This document shows, one piece after another, positions 10,601 to 21,200 of a stretch of 32,870 nucleotides of DNA; position 1 is the first letter of the stretch; each line of letters begins with the position of its first letter. The notes beneath the pieces are model-generated. The model was not told the origin of the DNA. It did no database searches and worked only from the letters and a program-made list of their open reading frames with translations. The DNA is from Acidobacteriota bacterium. Lineage in GTDB: Bacteria; Acidobacteriota; CAIWXX01. Position numbers and translations under genes: made by a program. The stretch spans positions 1 to 32,870 of the forward strand of contig JBFMAF010000017.1 in assembly GCA_040755995.1 (NCBI GenBank), written 5' to 3'.

Positions 10601-12489
10601 GTGATAGGTGTAGCCATATCCCACATGTTGTGCTTGCACCGGTATAGTTTGAAAGTGCCGAACGGCACGCCACGGCTGAGCTCGAGATCGCTCTCGATGC
10701 ACAAGCGGCAAGACTCCGGGTTGATCCGATGGAACTTGGTGCAGACATCCTGCCAGCCGGTTCCCACCAACACCCTTCCGTGAAGGTCAATGATGCCGAT
10801 ACCGACGTTGGTCAACTGGTAGAACTCATCCATCAGCCTCTGTATCTCCTCGGTGTCGACAATGTCGGAGAGTTCCAACGCGCCAATATCTCCCTCGGGG
10901 GACAGGATAGCATCGAGCTTGCGTCGAACTCGCTTCTCGCTTTCCCGCAACGCCTCCTCCGCACGCTTGCGCTCCGCAATATCCCAGGCGAGATCGGCGA
11001 GCATCCCAGTCGCGTTCACATCGTTCTGATCATAATCCGCCGGCTTGTTGCCCACACCGAGGATGGCCACTATCTTGTCACCGCGAAACACGGGCGTGAC
11101 CAGTTCCCGCACGACCGGCGCGTGACCTTTCGGTGTACCTTTGCGATGGGGCAGGGCGCCGTAATCGTTATGGATGACAGCTCGCCGTTCGCGAACGCAA
11201 TCGACCCAAACCCCCGCCTCGTCAATCGAATAGTGCCGTCCCTTGGCCTCTGCGGTACACATGCTTGCGAGGGTATTGGTTGACCACGCCTGGAGCGTTA
11301 GCGTCTTCTGGTCAGCATCCAGAAAATGGTAGAATCCGATGACGCTGCCCGTCAGCGCCTCCGCTTCATCCAGGGTGGCTTGGAGTAGTTCCTCCGATGA
11401 GTGCATGTTGGCGAACTGCATCAAGCGCAGACGCGCTTGCATGATTTGTTCTCCGCGTCTGCGCCCGGTGATGTCACGGGCAATGGCGACCAGGCAATTC
11501 TTCTTCTCCTGCTCGACGTACTTGACATTCACCTCGACAGGAAACGTGGTCCCGTCTTTGCGCCTCTGCTCACCCTCGAGAATTACGTATCGCTTCTCCC
11601 GAACTTCGTTCACATGTTTCTGCCAGGAAAGAGGATCGGACAAACCTGCTTCAACATTCATCACTCCCATGTTGAGAAGCTCTTCGGATTCATATCCCAG
11701 AATGCCGCATGCCTTGTCATTGACATCAAGAAAACGACCGGTCTCCGGGTCTACAACGAATATGGCGTCATTGGATTGGTTGATCAGATTCCGGAAGAAG
11801 ATCAACTCTTCGTGGGTGCTTTCACGGTCAACGATGTTCTTCAACAACCGTTCCACTTCCTGTGACGTCTGACTCGGTTTCAAGAACTCATCCGGTGGAA
11901 CATAATAGAGGTTCCTGCAAACCATATTGCCGTACACAACCAATGGGTGCGTATAGATTACGTCCCTGAGAATCTCCGGAGAGAAACGATTGCGGTTATA
12001 CTGGCAAATGGCCAGAGCATCGCTGGCAGGAAAGAAGTAGTTGAGCTTGGATTCGTATTCCATGAGCCGCTCAGCCCCCGGGTCTCCTCCCAGCATCCAC
12101 GTCATCTCGCCGGTAGCCCTGAGTGCGGAAAAGCCCGATGCCCGTGCTTGCTCGGTTGATTGCTCCAAGAAGGCAATCATCCATTCGGGATCAAAGTGAC
12201 CCTGCTTCAGGTAAGCATCTCGCTTATTGGCCATGACCAATGCACCCGATCGGATGACTGAATCCACATCGATCCCTTCGGTTGTCATGGCGCCCAATAC
12301 AGCAGTGGCAGTGTTGTCATCAGCGATGTAGATGCACTTTTCGCCGCGCTCAAGACCGATTCTCATGAAAGGGATGACAGCGGCGAATTGCTCCTCCCTC
12401 GTTTCGTAGATCAGGCAGAGATGGTCGTGAACTCTGAGTCGTTCAAGGGCCCCCAGGAGCCTCCCTCTATCGTCGGCTGGGCTCACCAT
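7660..12489 (-). pseudogene. Hybrid sensor histidine kinase MEDS-PAS-GAF-PocR-GAF-GAF-PAS-HisKA-HATPase-REC, interrupted by an in-frame TGA at 10342-10344
   Basis: ORFs 10342..12591 and 7660..10269 share a frame; the junction reads AVEE*RRAEQALQRLNRKL; GGAGG RBS before ATG 12489; AHDFNN H-box, FEPFFTTK, GTGLGL, receiver LTDVVMP. Confidence 0.85.
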
Positions 12490-12736
12490 GTCTGAAATCC
12501 TCCAAGTGCAGTGTCTTCTTCCTCGGAAGGGATTCGTGGCCGAATCCACTGTTTGAACGTTCGTTGATGCGTAACTCGTTGCTGCTCTCACAGTCCCGGC
12601 CGTCCTGGAGACTGTGAGGGCCAGTTTCCTCTAGCAGGCCAGCGGCGCTCATTGGTTCCCCCCCGAGGGTCAAGAGTCATATTAACCCCAATCCCGACGC
12701 TCCTCCAGGGTCTCCGGCAATTCTCTGATTGCGCGC

Positions 12737-12937
12737 TGTCATATGGAATGGCTGGCGAAGCGACTAAGTAGGCGAAATGGACATGCCGGGCGAGTCCAGA
12801 ATGAATCCTGAGGAGCCCGGTGTGATGACCGCGGAGCTGGAGCGGCTCCGTCCCAAGAGCTTGTGGTGGGCGCTCGCCTGTTCCTGCCCGGTGTCATCAT
12901 GATCCGTCAGGCGGAGATCGGCATTCGGGACGATCAG
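12737..12937 (+). repeat. Collapsed direct-repeat copy of the ECF operon (upstream motif + sigma 5' end + piece of Spy-like gene)
   Basis: 12737-12880 aligns ungapped to 6082-6225; 12881-12937 aligns to 7257-7313; CCTG is shared at the junction. Confidence 0.9.
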
Positions 12938-12948
12938 GAGGTATACCC

Positions 12949-14952
12949 ATGTCATCCATAGCTGCGCTGCGGGGAATGTTCGTGGCATTCGTGTTCGCAG
13001 GCCTGTCCGTTGTCTTCGACTCAGGTGAGGCCGCGGTATGGGAAGGACCTGACGCTGGCACCAGCCGATCGGAGGTGAAGCCAGTTTTTCACTCGAATCC
13101 AGCGGCCGCGACGAACCTGCTGGCCAACTCCGGTTTCGAAGAGGGAGACACGGGCGTGGCCGACTGGGCCCCGTGGCCGGTCGCTCCCGGTGTGGGCTAC
13201 AGGTGGGAGTCGACAGCGGCGTCCGGGCGGAGAAGCGTGTGTGTGACAAGCGAGACCTCCACCGCGTTTGGGATGTGGCGGCAGGTCGTCCCGATCGCCC
13301 CCGGCGTTGTCTACTCCCTGTCGGGCTTCGTGAAGACACAGGACGTGATCCCTGCCGGACGCTGCGGTCTGCAGGTTGTCTTTCGCGATGCCGCGAACGA
13401 CGTGGTCAAGATGGTCGATCTCCCGTCGCACATCGGCACGCGGTCGTTCGCCTGCGACTTCCCTCGAACGCTCATGGTGCGGGCGCCGAAAGGAGCGACC
13501 GCCGCCGAGGTCAACCTTCTTCTATTTGGCAAAGGAAGCGCCTGGTTCGATGACATCTTCTTCGGCCCTTCTCCGACGGGTAGCATTTCTGGATCCGTTA
13601 CAGGCGAAAACGGACCTCTCGCCGGCGCGCGCGTGATGATCTGGAACAGGCCCTGGGGCGCTCCGGTCGAAGCAATCACAGACAAGACAGGGCGATATGT
13701 CATCGATGATGTGCCCGTGGCCTCTCCGCGATACCTGCTCCTGGCGAGCAAGACCGGGTTCAAGACTCAGCCGATTGGAGGCATCGACGTCCGGGACGGG
13801 CGTGTCACGAAGATCAACTTCAAGCTTCGGCGCGGCAGCGATCCGGTGGATGACCTTCGGGTCAAGTTCGCGAGCATGGTGCGCGTCAGACCTATTCCTT
13901 CGCCGGACATTCCCGCCGATGCGATGATTCCGCTGGACGCGACGGGCTATCCCGAGTCGGTCCGCCCCTTCCTGATGCCTGATCGGTTCATCGAGTCCAA
14001 TCACCCCTCCATCGCTTCGCTGGCGAAAGAGATCCTCTCGATCGTGCCGGTTCAGGAGAGGTCACGCACTCGATCTGTGGCATGGGCCGTCTATTCGTGG
14101 ATCGTACACAACATCGAGCATGACGGTGTCTACCAGGGAGGAACGGCGCCAGGCCGGGTCATTACCGTGGAGGAGGACTTCAAGGATGTGACGAGTGGGA
14201 TATGGCAGACTGTCACGAATGAGGGCTGGTGTTGGGGGCGCAGCTTCTACGATTGGGCCTACCGGCCGTCGGAGACTCTGGAGGAAAGAGGCGTCATATG
14301 CGCGGAGCACGCATGGCTCGCCGCAGCCCTCCTCCGCCACCTCGGCATCCCCGCTCGCGCCGCGGTGGGCTACAACCAGCTCTGGGTGCAGGTCACTCCC
14401 GAGCGCGGCTACTGGGCGTACTTCAGCACGACCGAAGGGAGAGGTGCCTATCGTCGCGAAGGCATTCTCGGTGCAGGTTTCGGCACCCCTGCCTCACCCG
14501 CCTTCTACTCGGTGCTTTCGAGACCTCTGCTGCACGAGGACTGGAACTGGCGGCGCCCCGGCATGTGGCGGGAGATTCATCCCTTCTCGGAGGACTACGA
14601 GGATACTCCTGAGGGGCTGGCACGCGCCGTGTCGGACCTGGCGAAGTTCTCGACCACAGGCGAGGCACCCAGAGGCGACCCGCCGGACCAACCCCGCCCG
14701 TCATTCCTGATGCTCCACTATGCGGACGTCACGCTGAACCTCCTCAACGTCGGAGACCAGAGAAGCCTAGACGTTCGATTCCCCTTCGTCTCGGAATCCG
14801 CAAGCCACTCCTTGCTCGACGACCACGCATTCTGGACGAACCATCCCGAGTGTGTGCGGAGGACCTGGATCGAAGTCGTCCAGAACCAACCCGTCGAGGG
14901 GGTCGAGCGCTGGTTCCACATCGAGCTCGACATCACGTCTCTGGTTGACTGA
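12949..14952 (+). CDS. Secreted transglutaminase-like protein with N-terminal CBM4/9-like and carboxypeptidase-regulatory-like domains
   Basis: 667 aa; signal-like N-terminus; NLLANSGFEEG...WFDDI; GSISGSVT..PLAGARV..TDKTGRY; GVICAEHAWLAAALLRHLGIPAR; AGGAGG RBS. Confidence 0.8.
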   Translation: MSSIAALRGMFVAFVFAGLSVVFDSGEAAVWEGPDAGTSRSEVKPVFHSNPAAATNLLANSGFEEGDTGVADWAPWPVAPGVGYRWESTAASGRRSVCVTSETSTAFGMWRQVVPIAPGVVYSLSGFVKTQDVIPAGRCGLQVVFRDAANDVVKMVDLPSHIGTRSFACDFPRTLMVRAPKGATAAEVNLLLFGKGSAWFDDIFFGPSPTGSISGSVTGENGPLAGARVMIWNRPWGAPVEAITDKTGRYVIDDVPVASPRYLLLASKTGFKTQPIGGIDVRDGRVTKINFKLRRGSDPVDDLRVKFASMVRVRPIPSPDIPADAMIPLDATGYPESVRPFLMPDRFIESNHPSIASLAKEILSIVPVQERSRTRSVAWAVYSWIVHNIEHDGVYQGGTAPGRVITVEEDFKDVTSGIWQTVTNEGWCWGRSFYDWAYRPSETLEERGVICAEHAWLAAALLRHLGIPARAAVGYNQLWVQVTPERGYWAYFSTTEGRGAYRREGILGAGFGTPASPAFYSVLSRPLLHEDWNWRRPGMWREIHPFSEDYEDTPEGLARAVSDLAKFSTTGEAPRGDPPDQPRPSFLMLHYADVTLNLLNVGDQRSLDVRFPFVSESASHSLLDDHAFWTNHPECVRRTWIEVVQNQPVEGVERWFHIELDITSLVD

Positions 14953-15001
14953 CCTGGCTCACGTCGAAGAGCGACTCATCAGCACGGATTGGGGGTAACT
15001 A

Positions 15002-16477
15002 ATGACAATTCCATTTCACGCGGTCCTCTTAATGGCCGCAACGTTATCCATGGCAATGGCGCCCGGCCCTCTGGCCGGTCAGAGCGACAGCGGACTTGAC
15101 CCTTGCGCGCTGATCGACCGGAGCCCGTTCGGCATACATCCCGCCTTTGCATTTGACATCCCGGGCGATCCGTACCGGCCGGCGCGCGAAGCAGGCGTCA
15201 CATGGACACGATGCGCCGATGCACCGTATGTCTTCTGGGCACTTGTGGATCCCGAGCGCACCGGAGACCCCGCCAAGATGCGCTTCGCCGGAACCACCAT
15301 CGGCCCGGACGGGAAGCCAATGTATTTCGACTATGATTCGAGCATCACGAAGGCACTTGCCTCGGGACTGTCCGTGATGTGGAACATCGCGGTGGAGCCG
15401 AGCGCCTGGGGCTACTCCAAGCCGGGAAGCTGGCAGCCCATTGACGAAGGGGCATACCGGCGCTTCGTGCAGACCACCATAAGGAGGTACCCCGGGGTCA
15501 GGGTCTGGCAAGTCGGCAATGAGCCCGACATCCAGCTCGGGTTCCCTCCGGAGCCGAAGCTCGCCGACTTCGCGAAACTCCACAAGCTCACGTACGGCGC
15601 GATCAAGGAAGCGGACCCTGGTGTCGTCGTCGTCATGGGAGGCGCGGCCGACTGGCCTCTGGGATTCTTCGACGCGGTGCTGGACGAGCTCGACGGCTCC
15701 CGTGTGGACGTTTTCGATTTCCACCTCTATGGGGATCCGAAGGGCGGGACACTCTCACCGCGACCACTGCCACCGATCGGCTACATGCACGTGGAGACCC
15801 AGGCGCGGTCCATCAGAAAGCACCTCGACGCCCGCGGCTTCTCGCGCACCCGGGTCTGGTCCACGGAGTGCGGCACGTTCTCCGGCACGGTCGGCCTCGG
15901 ACCGGCTATGATGACGGCCACCGAGGCGGATCAGGCCCGCGATCTGGTGAAGCGCTTCGTTGTCGCTCTCGCCAGCGGTGTCGAGAAAGTCTTCTGGGCG
16001 TTCGGGATTTCAGAGGGGCTCGGATCTTGGGAGGACCACGACTACTTCGATCACACCGGTCTGATCTACACCGGCCACGGCGCGCCGGCCGGCACGCGCA
16101 AGCTGGGCTACTGGGCACTCTGGAAGATGACCGGGCGACTGCGAGAGTGTAGTCTCAGCAAGGTCGAGAAGGTGGCCACGGGGGTGCCTCGGACACGCGC
16201 CTACCGATTCACCAAGCCGGGCGGCGGCTCGATCATGATCGCGTGGTGGGACACCTTCTTGGTGCCGGGGTACAAGCGTGGCGACAAGACCACACTCACG
16301 CTCCCCTGGACTGCGTCCACCGCAGTCGCGCGTCCCGCCGTCCCGGACGCGGCGCGTGGGGCCGACGTGGACGCACACGATCCTGAATCCGCATTCCCGG
16401 CGACGAAGCTGACGCCGGTTAACCGCAAGGTCGGTGTCACGCTGGGCCCCGATCCCATCTGGATCACGACCGACTGA
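15002..16477 (+). CDS. Secreted clan GH-A glycoside hydrolase (GH39/GH5-like)
   Basis: 491 aa; signal peptide; WQVGNEPD acid/base, DFHLY, VWSTECG nucleophile. Confidence 0.8.
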   Translation: MTIPFHAVLLMAATLSMAMAPGPLAGQSDSGLDPCALIDRSPFGIHPAFAFDIPGDPYRPAREAGVTWTRCADAPYVFWALVDPERTGDPAKMRFAGTTIGPDGKPMYFDYDSSITKALASGLSVMWNIAVEPSAWGYSKPGSWQPIDEGAYRRFVQTTIRRYPGVRVWQVGNEPDIQLGFPPEPKLADFAKLHKLTYGAIKEADPGVVVVMGGAADWPLGFFDAVLDELDGSRVDVFDFHLYGDPKGGTLSPRPLPPIGYMHVETQARSIRKHLDARGFSRTRVWSTECGTFSGTVGLGPAMMTATEADQARDLVKRFVVALASGVEKVFWAFGISEGLGSWEDHDYFDHTGLIYTGHGAPAGTRKLGYWALWKMTGRLRECSLSKVEKVATGVPRTRAYRFTKPGGGSIMIAWWDTFLVPGYKRGDKTTLTLPWTASTAVARPAVPDAARGADVDAHDPESAFPATKLTPVNRKVGVTLGPDPIWITTD

Positions 16478-16762
16478 GGGCTTGGACCCAACCCCTCGCC
16501 CGCCCGCTCGCTACCGCTGCCCGAGAGGTAGGAGGCGGACCCCCTCCTTTGCGACTGTGGCTCCACGTTCGAAATCATTTCGGTCATAGAGGCGCGAACG
16601 AAGTCCGATGTCGTCGCGATGACAGGTCGCCGGTCGACCGTGGCTTCCCGGCGTCGTTCAAGTTGTACGCCACGACACCTCCGAATGCGCGGGCCGATGG
16701 GTGTGCCTCACCGATCGAAAGGCACCGCCGCAAGGTTCCCCTTGTAATCGGAACGATATACA

Positions 16763-17128
16763 ATGCCGCCAGCCAGGGCAGGCATGGGCGAAGGGACATC
16801 TGCGAGACGCATCTTCACATTCGGCGGGTGGACCGCGCTCCTCCTGCTCTTCTGCGCACACATCCTCACCGCGCTTGATCCGCGCAAAGCGATCAAACAA
16901 TACGGCCTGGACGTGTGGACGAGAAAGGACGGGCTCCCCCTGAGCAGTGTCAGTGCCATCCTCCAGACCCAGGGCGGCTACCGCTGGCTCGGGACCATGG
17001 AGGGTTTGGAGCGGCCCGGCGGGTCGCTCACAGTCACGTCCGAGCCCGGGCGCGGCACGCTCGTCTCTTTCCGTGTACCACTCAAGCAGCATGAACATGC
17101 TCTTCCGCGGGCAAGGGAACACAGCTAG
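16763..17128 (+). pseudogene. Internally deleted propeller-type sensor histidine kinase remnant
   Basis: Signal peptide + ALDPRKAIKQYGLDVWTRKDGLPLSSVSAILQTQGGYRWLGTMEGL joined in frame to the HATPase tail GGSLTVTSEPGRGTLVSFRVP. Confidence 0.85.
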
Positions 17129-17153
17129 TGTTCTGTCCAAGGAGAGTGCGACA

Positions 17154-17840
17154 ATGTTACAGGAATTGGACCAGATGAACTCAGACGCCGCCACTCAGGG
17201 AGTCTCCAACGTCCGCGTGGCGATCGTGGAAGACGATCGGATCGCGCGCGAAGGCCTGCGCCTCATCATCAACGCGACACCGGGCTACAGTTGTACCCAG
17301 GCCTACACCTCGATCGAGGATGGGATGCGCGGCCTCGCCACAGACGTCCCCGACGTCCTACTCCTCGACATCCACCTGCCGGGCATGAGCGGTGCGGAAG
17401 GCGTCCGCCTATTCCGCGAGAAATATCCATCCGTTCAGGTGCTCATGCTGACCAACTACTCTGACGATGACAAGGTGTTCGAGTCCATCTGCAACGGGGC
17501 ATGCGGATACATGCTCAAGAAGACAGCCCCGGCCAGGCTGTTGGAAGCGATTGCCGAGGCGGCCGCCGGAGGGGCTCCGATGTCGCCCGAGATCGCCAAG
17601 AAGGTCGTGGAGTTGTTCCGGAAGACGCGCGCGCCGGCGAAGGTCGAGCAAGCCCTGACGCCGCACGAAGTGCGGCTCCTCGGGATGCTCGCTCAAGGCT
17701 ACACCTATCAGGGTGCCGGTGAGAAGCTGTCCGTCAGCATCAACACCGTCCGCAACTACGTCCGATCGATCTACGAGAAGCTCCACGTGCACTCGAAGTC
17801 CGAGGCCGTGAGCAAGGCCCTGCGCGGCGGCATTCTCTGA
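17154..17840 (+). CDS. NarL/LuxR-family response regulator
   Basis: VAIVEDD, LLLDIHLPG, GYMLK, HTH LTPHEVRLL...SINTVRNYVRSIYEKLHV; AAGGAG before ATG 17154 (17175 is an alternative start). Confidence 0.92.
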   Translation: MLQELDQMNSDAATQGVSNVRVAIVEDDRIAREGLRLIINATPGYSCTQAYTSIEDGMRGLATDVPDVLLLDIHLPGMSGAEGVRLFREKYPSVQVLMLTNYSDDDKVFESICNGACGYMLKKTAPARLLEAIAEAAAGGAPMSPEIAKKVVELFRKTRAPAKVEQALTPHEVRLLGMLAQGYTYQGAGEKLSVSINTVRNYVRSIYEKLHVHSKSEAVSKALRGGIL

Positions 17841-18029
17841 CCCCAATCTGAGAGCAGGCACGGAGTCCGTCGATTGGCGGTGCTCGTGCTCTGCTTGAAA
17901 CCGTCGCGAGCGTGAGGCGTCGCCGCCACGCACACGCCTCTCCTGCCCTCGCTCACGCCACCGTTCACGAAACAATCAGCGTCACAAACCAGCATGATCA
18001 TGCCATGCCGCGCCGAGGGTCGATGGCCG

Positions 18030-18200
18030 ATAATGGGAGCAGTGATGAGGAGGCATACGACATGAAGACGGCGCGATCGGGTTGGAACCAGGGGCAGGTG
18101 CGGCATTTCAAGCGAATTCTCTTGCTGGCAGACGGAGGCTACCTGCTCTGCGGAGGGACTGAATCATACGGAGTCGCGGGCGACGCCTGGAAGGCAATGA
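18030..18200 (+). pseudogene. Fragment of a secreted beta-propeller repeat protein
   Basis: GSSDEEAY and LADGGYLLCGGTESYGVAGDAW resemble DGGY..G.T.S.G...D.W repeats; the surrounding sequence is not protein-like. Confidence 0.45.
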
Positions 18201-18258
18201 GTCGCATGCGGCCACAGCACTTGGATCCTTTAACCATAGTTGCAGAGGAGAACCACTC

Positions 18259-21200
18259 ATGAAATGGAATTTGGGTATCAAGATGATTCTTGCGGGTTGT
18301 GCCCTGGCACTGTCCGGGCCGGGCGGCGCGGCCCGCGTCCGTCTGGACGCGGCGGCGCCTGCGGGGGTTTCAGGACAGGCTTCTCCGCGTCAGCAGATGG
18401 ACGCCCCGGCGAGACCTGCGGCTGTCACGGCCGACACCGGATTCGGCCGCATGCCGCTCTACTTCATCCCGAACGAGGGCCAGACTGACAACCGTGTGGC
18501 CTTCTATGTCCAGGGACGAGACAAGACGGTGTACTTCACGCCCGAGGGGCTGACATTCTCGCTCGCCCAGGCCGGTGATGTGAAGGAAGCGAGACCGCGG
18601 GCCGGCGCGGCGGATGGGCTCCGCGAAAGGTGGAACGTGAAGCTCGACTTTGTCGGAGCGAACGAGGGCACACGGCCCGAGGGCTTGGAGAAGTGCGGCG
18701 CGGTGGTCTCGTATTTCAAAGGTTCGAGGGAGCAGTGGCACACTGGGCTTGAGGCCTGCTCGAAGATCGCCTACGAAAACCTCTGGACCGGAATCGACGT
18801 CGTCTACAGCGGCACCGTGAACCGGATGAAGCACGAATTCATCGTACGCCCCGGCGCAGACCCGTCGAAGATCCGCCTGGCCTATCGCGGCGCGACGTCG
18901 GTCGCGCTGAACGGGGGCGGCCAGATCGAGGTGGCGACGCCCGCCGGCACCTTCACCGACGACACCCCCGAAGCGTGGCAGGACATCGGAGGTGAGAGGA
19001 GAGCCGTGGCAGTCGAATACGGGATCGATGGGACGGAGTATGGGTTCAAAGTCGGCGCGTATGATCCATCGTACCCGCTCGTACTCGACCCCGCCGTCCT
19101 GGTGTACTGCGGGTTCATCGGCGGCTCGGCTATCGACGTTCCGACAGGGATTGCCGTAGATTCAGCGGGCAATGCGTACGTCGCCGGATACACTGGCTCC
19201 ACCGAGACAAGCTTCCCGGTAACTGCGGGGCCCGATCTCGCTGCCAACGGGAGCAACGACGCTTTCGTGGCGAAGGTGAACTCGAGTGGCGCATCCCTGG
19301 TCTACTGCGGGTTCATCGGCGGCTCGGGCGGGGACTATGCCACCGGCATCGCAGTGGACTCCGCGGGAAACGCCTACGTTGCAGGCTATACCACCTCCGC
19401 CCAGGCAACCTTCCCGGTGACTGCCGGCCCGGACCTGACCTTCAACGGAGGTGACGACGCCTTTGTGGCGAAGGTGAACTCGGGCGGGACGTCCCTGGCG
19501 TATTGCGGATACATCGGCGGCACTGGTTGGGACCATGCGGAAGCGATCGGCTTGGATGCGACGGGAAACGCCTACGTCTGCGGCACCGTCGATTCGCCAA
19601 GCTTCCCGGTGACTGTGGGTCCCGACCTCTCGCACAATGGAAACGACGACGTTTTCGTCGCGAAGGTGAGCTCCACCGGCTCCTCCCTGGCCTATTGCGG
19701 CTACATCGGCGGCTCGGGCGGAGACTATGGTCTCGGGATCGCCGTAAGCCCCGGTGGAAATGCATACATCCTGGGGTACACACTCTCAAGTGAGACGACC
19801 TTCCCGGAAGCCGTGGGACCCGACCTCTCATACAACGGGAATGGCGACGCCTTCGTCGCCAAGGTCAGCACCAGTGGCGCCGCACTCTCCTACTGCGGGT
19901 ACATCGGCGGCTCGGACAACGATCGCGACTCTGGCAACTGGGGGATCGCCGTCGACTCCGCCGGAAGCGCCTATGTTGTGGGGGAGACCCTTTCAGCCGA
20001 GTCGAGCTTCCCCGTGACAGTCGGGCCGGATCTCAGCGCCAACGGTGGCGCGGATGCCTTTGTGGCGAAAGTGAGCCCCAGTGGTTCATCTCTGGTCTAC
20101 TGCGGATTCATCGGAGGCTCCGGCATTGAACGAGGCGGCGGAATCGCCGTCGACTCCGCCGGTAACGCTCTCGTCACAGGGGTTACAGACTCAACGGAAG
20201 CAACCTTTCCCGTCATCGACGGCCCTGATCTGACTAGCAACGGAAGCTATGACGCCTTCGTGGCGAAGCTCAACGCCGAGGGCACCTCGTTTGAGTACTG
20301 CGGGTACGTGGGTGGCTCCAGCGGTGAAGGCGGTCTGGGAATTGCCGTGGACTCCACCGGGAGCGCCTACGTTGTGGGCTCCACAAGCTCAACCGAGGCT
20401 ACCTTTCCCGTGACTGTCGGCCCCGACCTGACGAGCAACGGCAGTTCAGACGGATTCGTGGCCAAGATATCTCCGTGCCTGATGATCGTGACGCAGCCAC
20501 TGAGCCAGACTGTCGCATCCGGCGGCAGCGCGACGCTCAGCGTGGGTGCGACAGGCGCGGCGCCGCTCAGCTACCAGTGGTACAAGGGGATGAGCGGGGA
20601 CACGTCGCAGCCTCAGGGCGGCGCAACATCGGCGGGCTTCACGACACCGGCACTGACCGTGACGACAAACTACTGGGTGCGCGTCAGCAACGCCTGCGGA
20701 AGCGCCGACAGCGAGACTGCGACCATCACCGTCGGGGGTGGCTGCACGGCGCCCACCATCACTACGCAGCCATCCGGGCAGACGGTCGCATCGGGAGGCA
20801 ACGCGACGCTCGCCGTGATCGCCACGGGCTCCGCCCCCCTCGGCTACCAGTGGTACCAGGGCGCCAAGGGCAACCTGACCCAGCCTGTGGCCGGAGCCGT
20901 CTTCGACATTCTTACGACGCCGGCACTCTACTCGACAACGAGCTACTGGGTACGCGTCGCCAACAGTTGCGGCAGCGCCGACAGCAATGCGGCTGTGATC
21001 ACCGTGCCTGGGAGCGGTCCCTACATCGCCCGGATCAAGAGCAAGACAGCGAAGCCGGGAAGCACCGCCAAGATCATCGGCAGCGGGTTCTCCGGCACCA
21101 AGACGAAGAACGTCGTACGCTTCGGTACACGAAAGGCGTCTGTGACGAAGGCAAAGGCAACACAGCTCACGGTCACGATTCCGTCCCGCAAGCTCCACGC

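Noticed and set aside
14292..14300. Third GTCATATG match to the putative ECF box
   Set aside because: Lies within the coding sequence (GVIC) and lacks the downstream C[AG]ACTAA element
16480..16760. Small ORFs between the GH gene and the sensor remnant
   Set aside because: No recognisable motif in any frame; may be another decayed fragment but cannot be supported
19090..20470. ~200-bp periodic repeats as a CRISPR array or DGR
   Set aside because: They are in-frame protein repeats with synonymous divergence; no spacers, cas or reverse transcriptase genes
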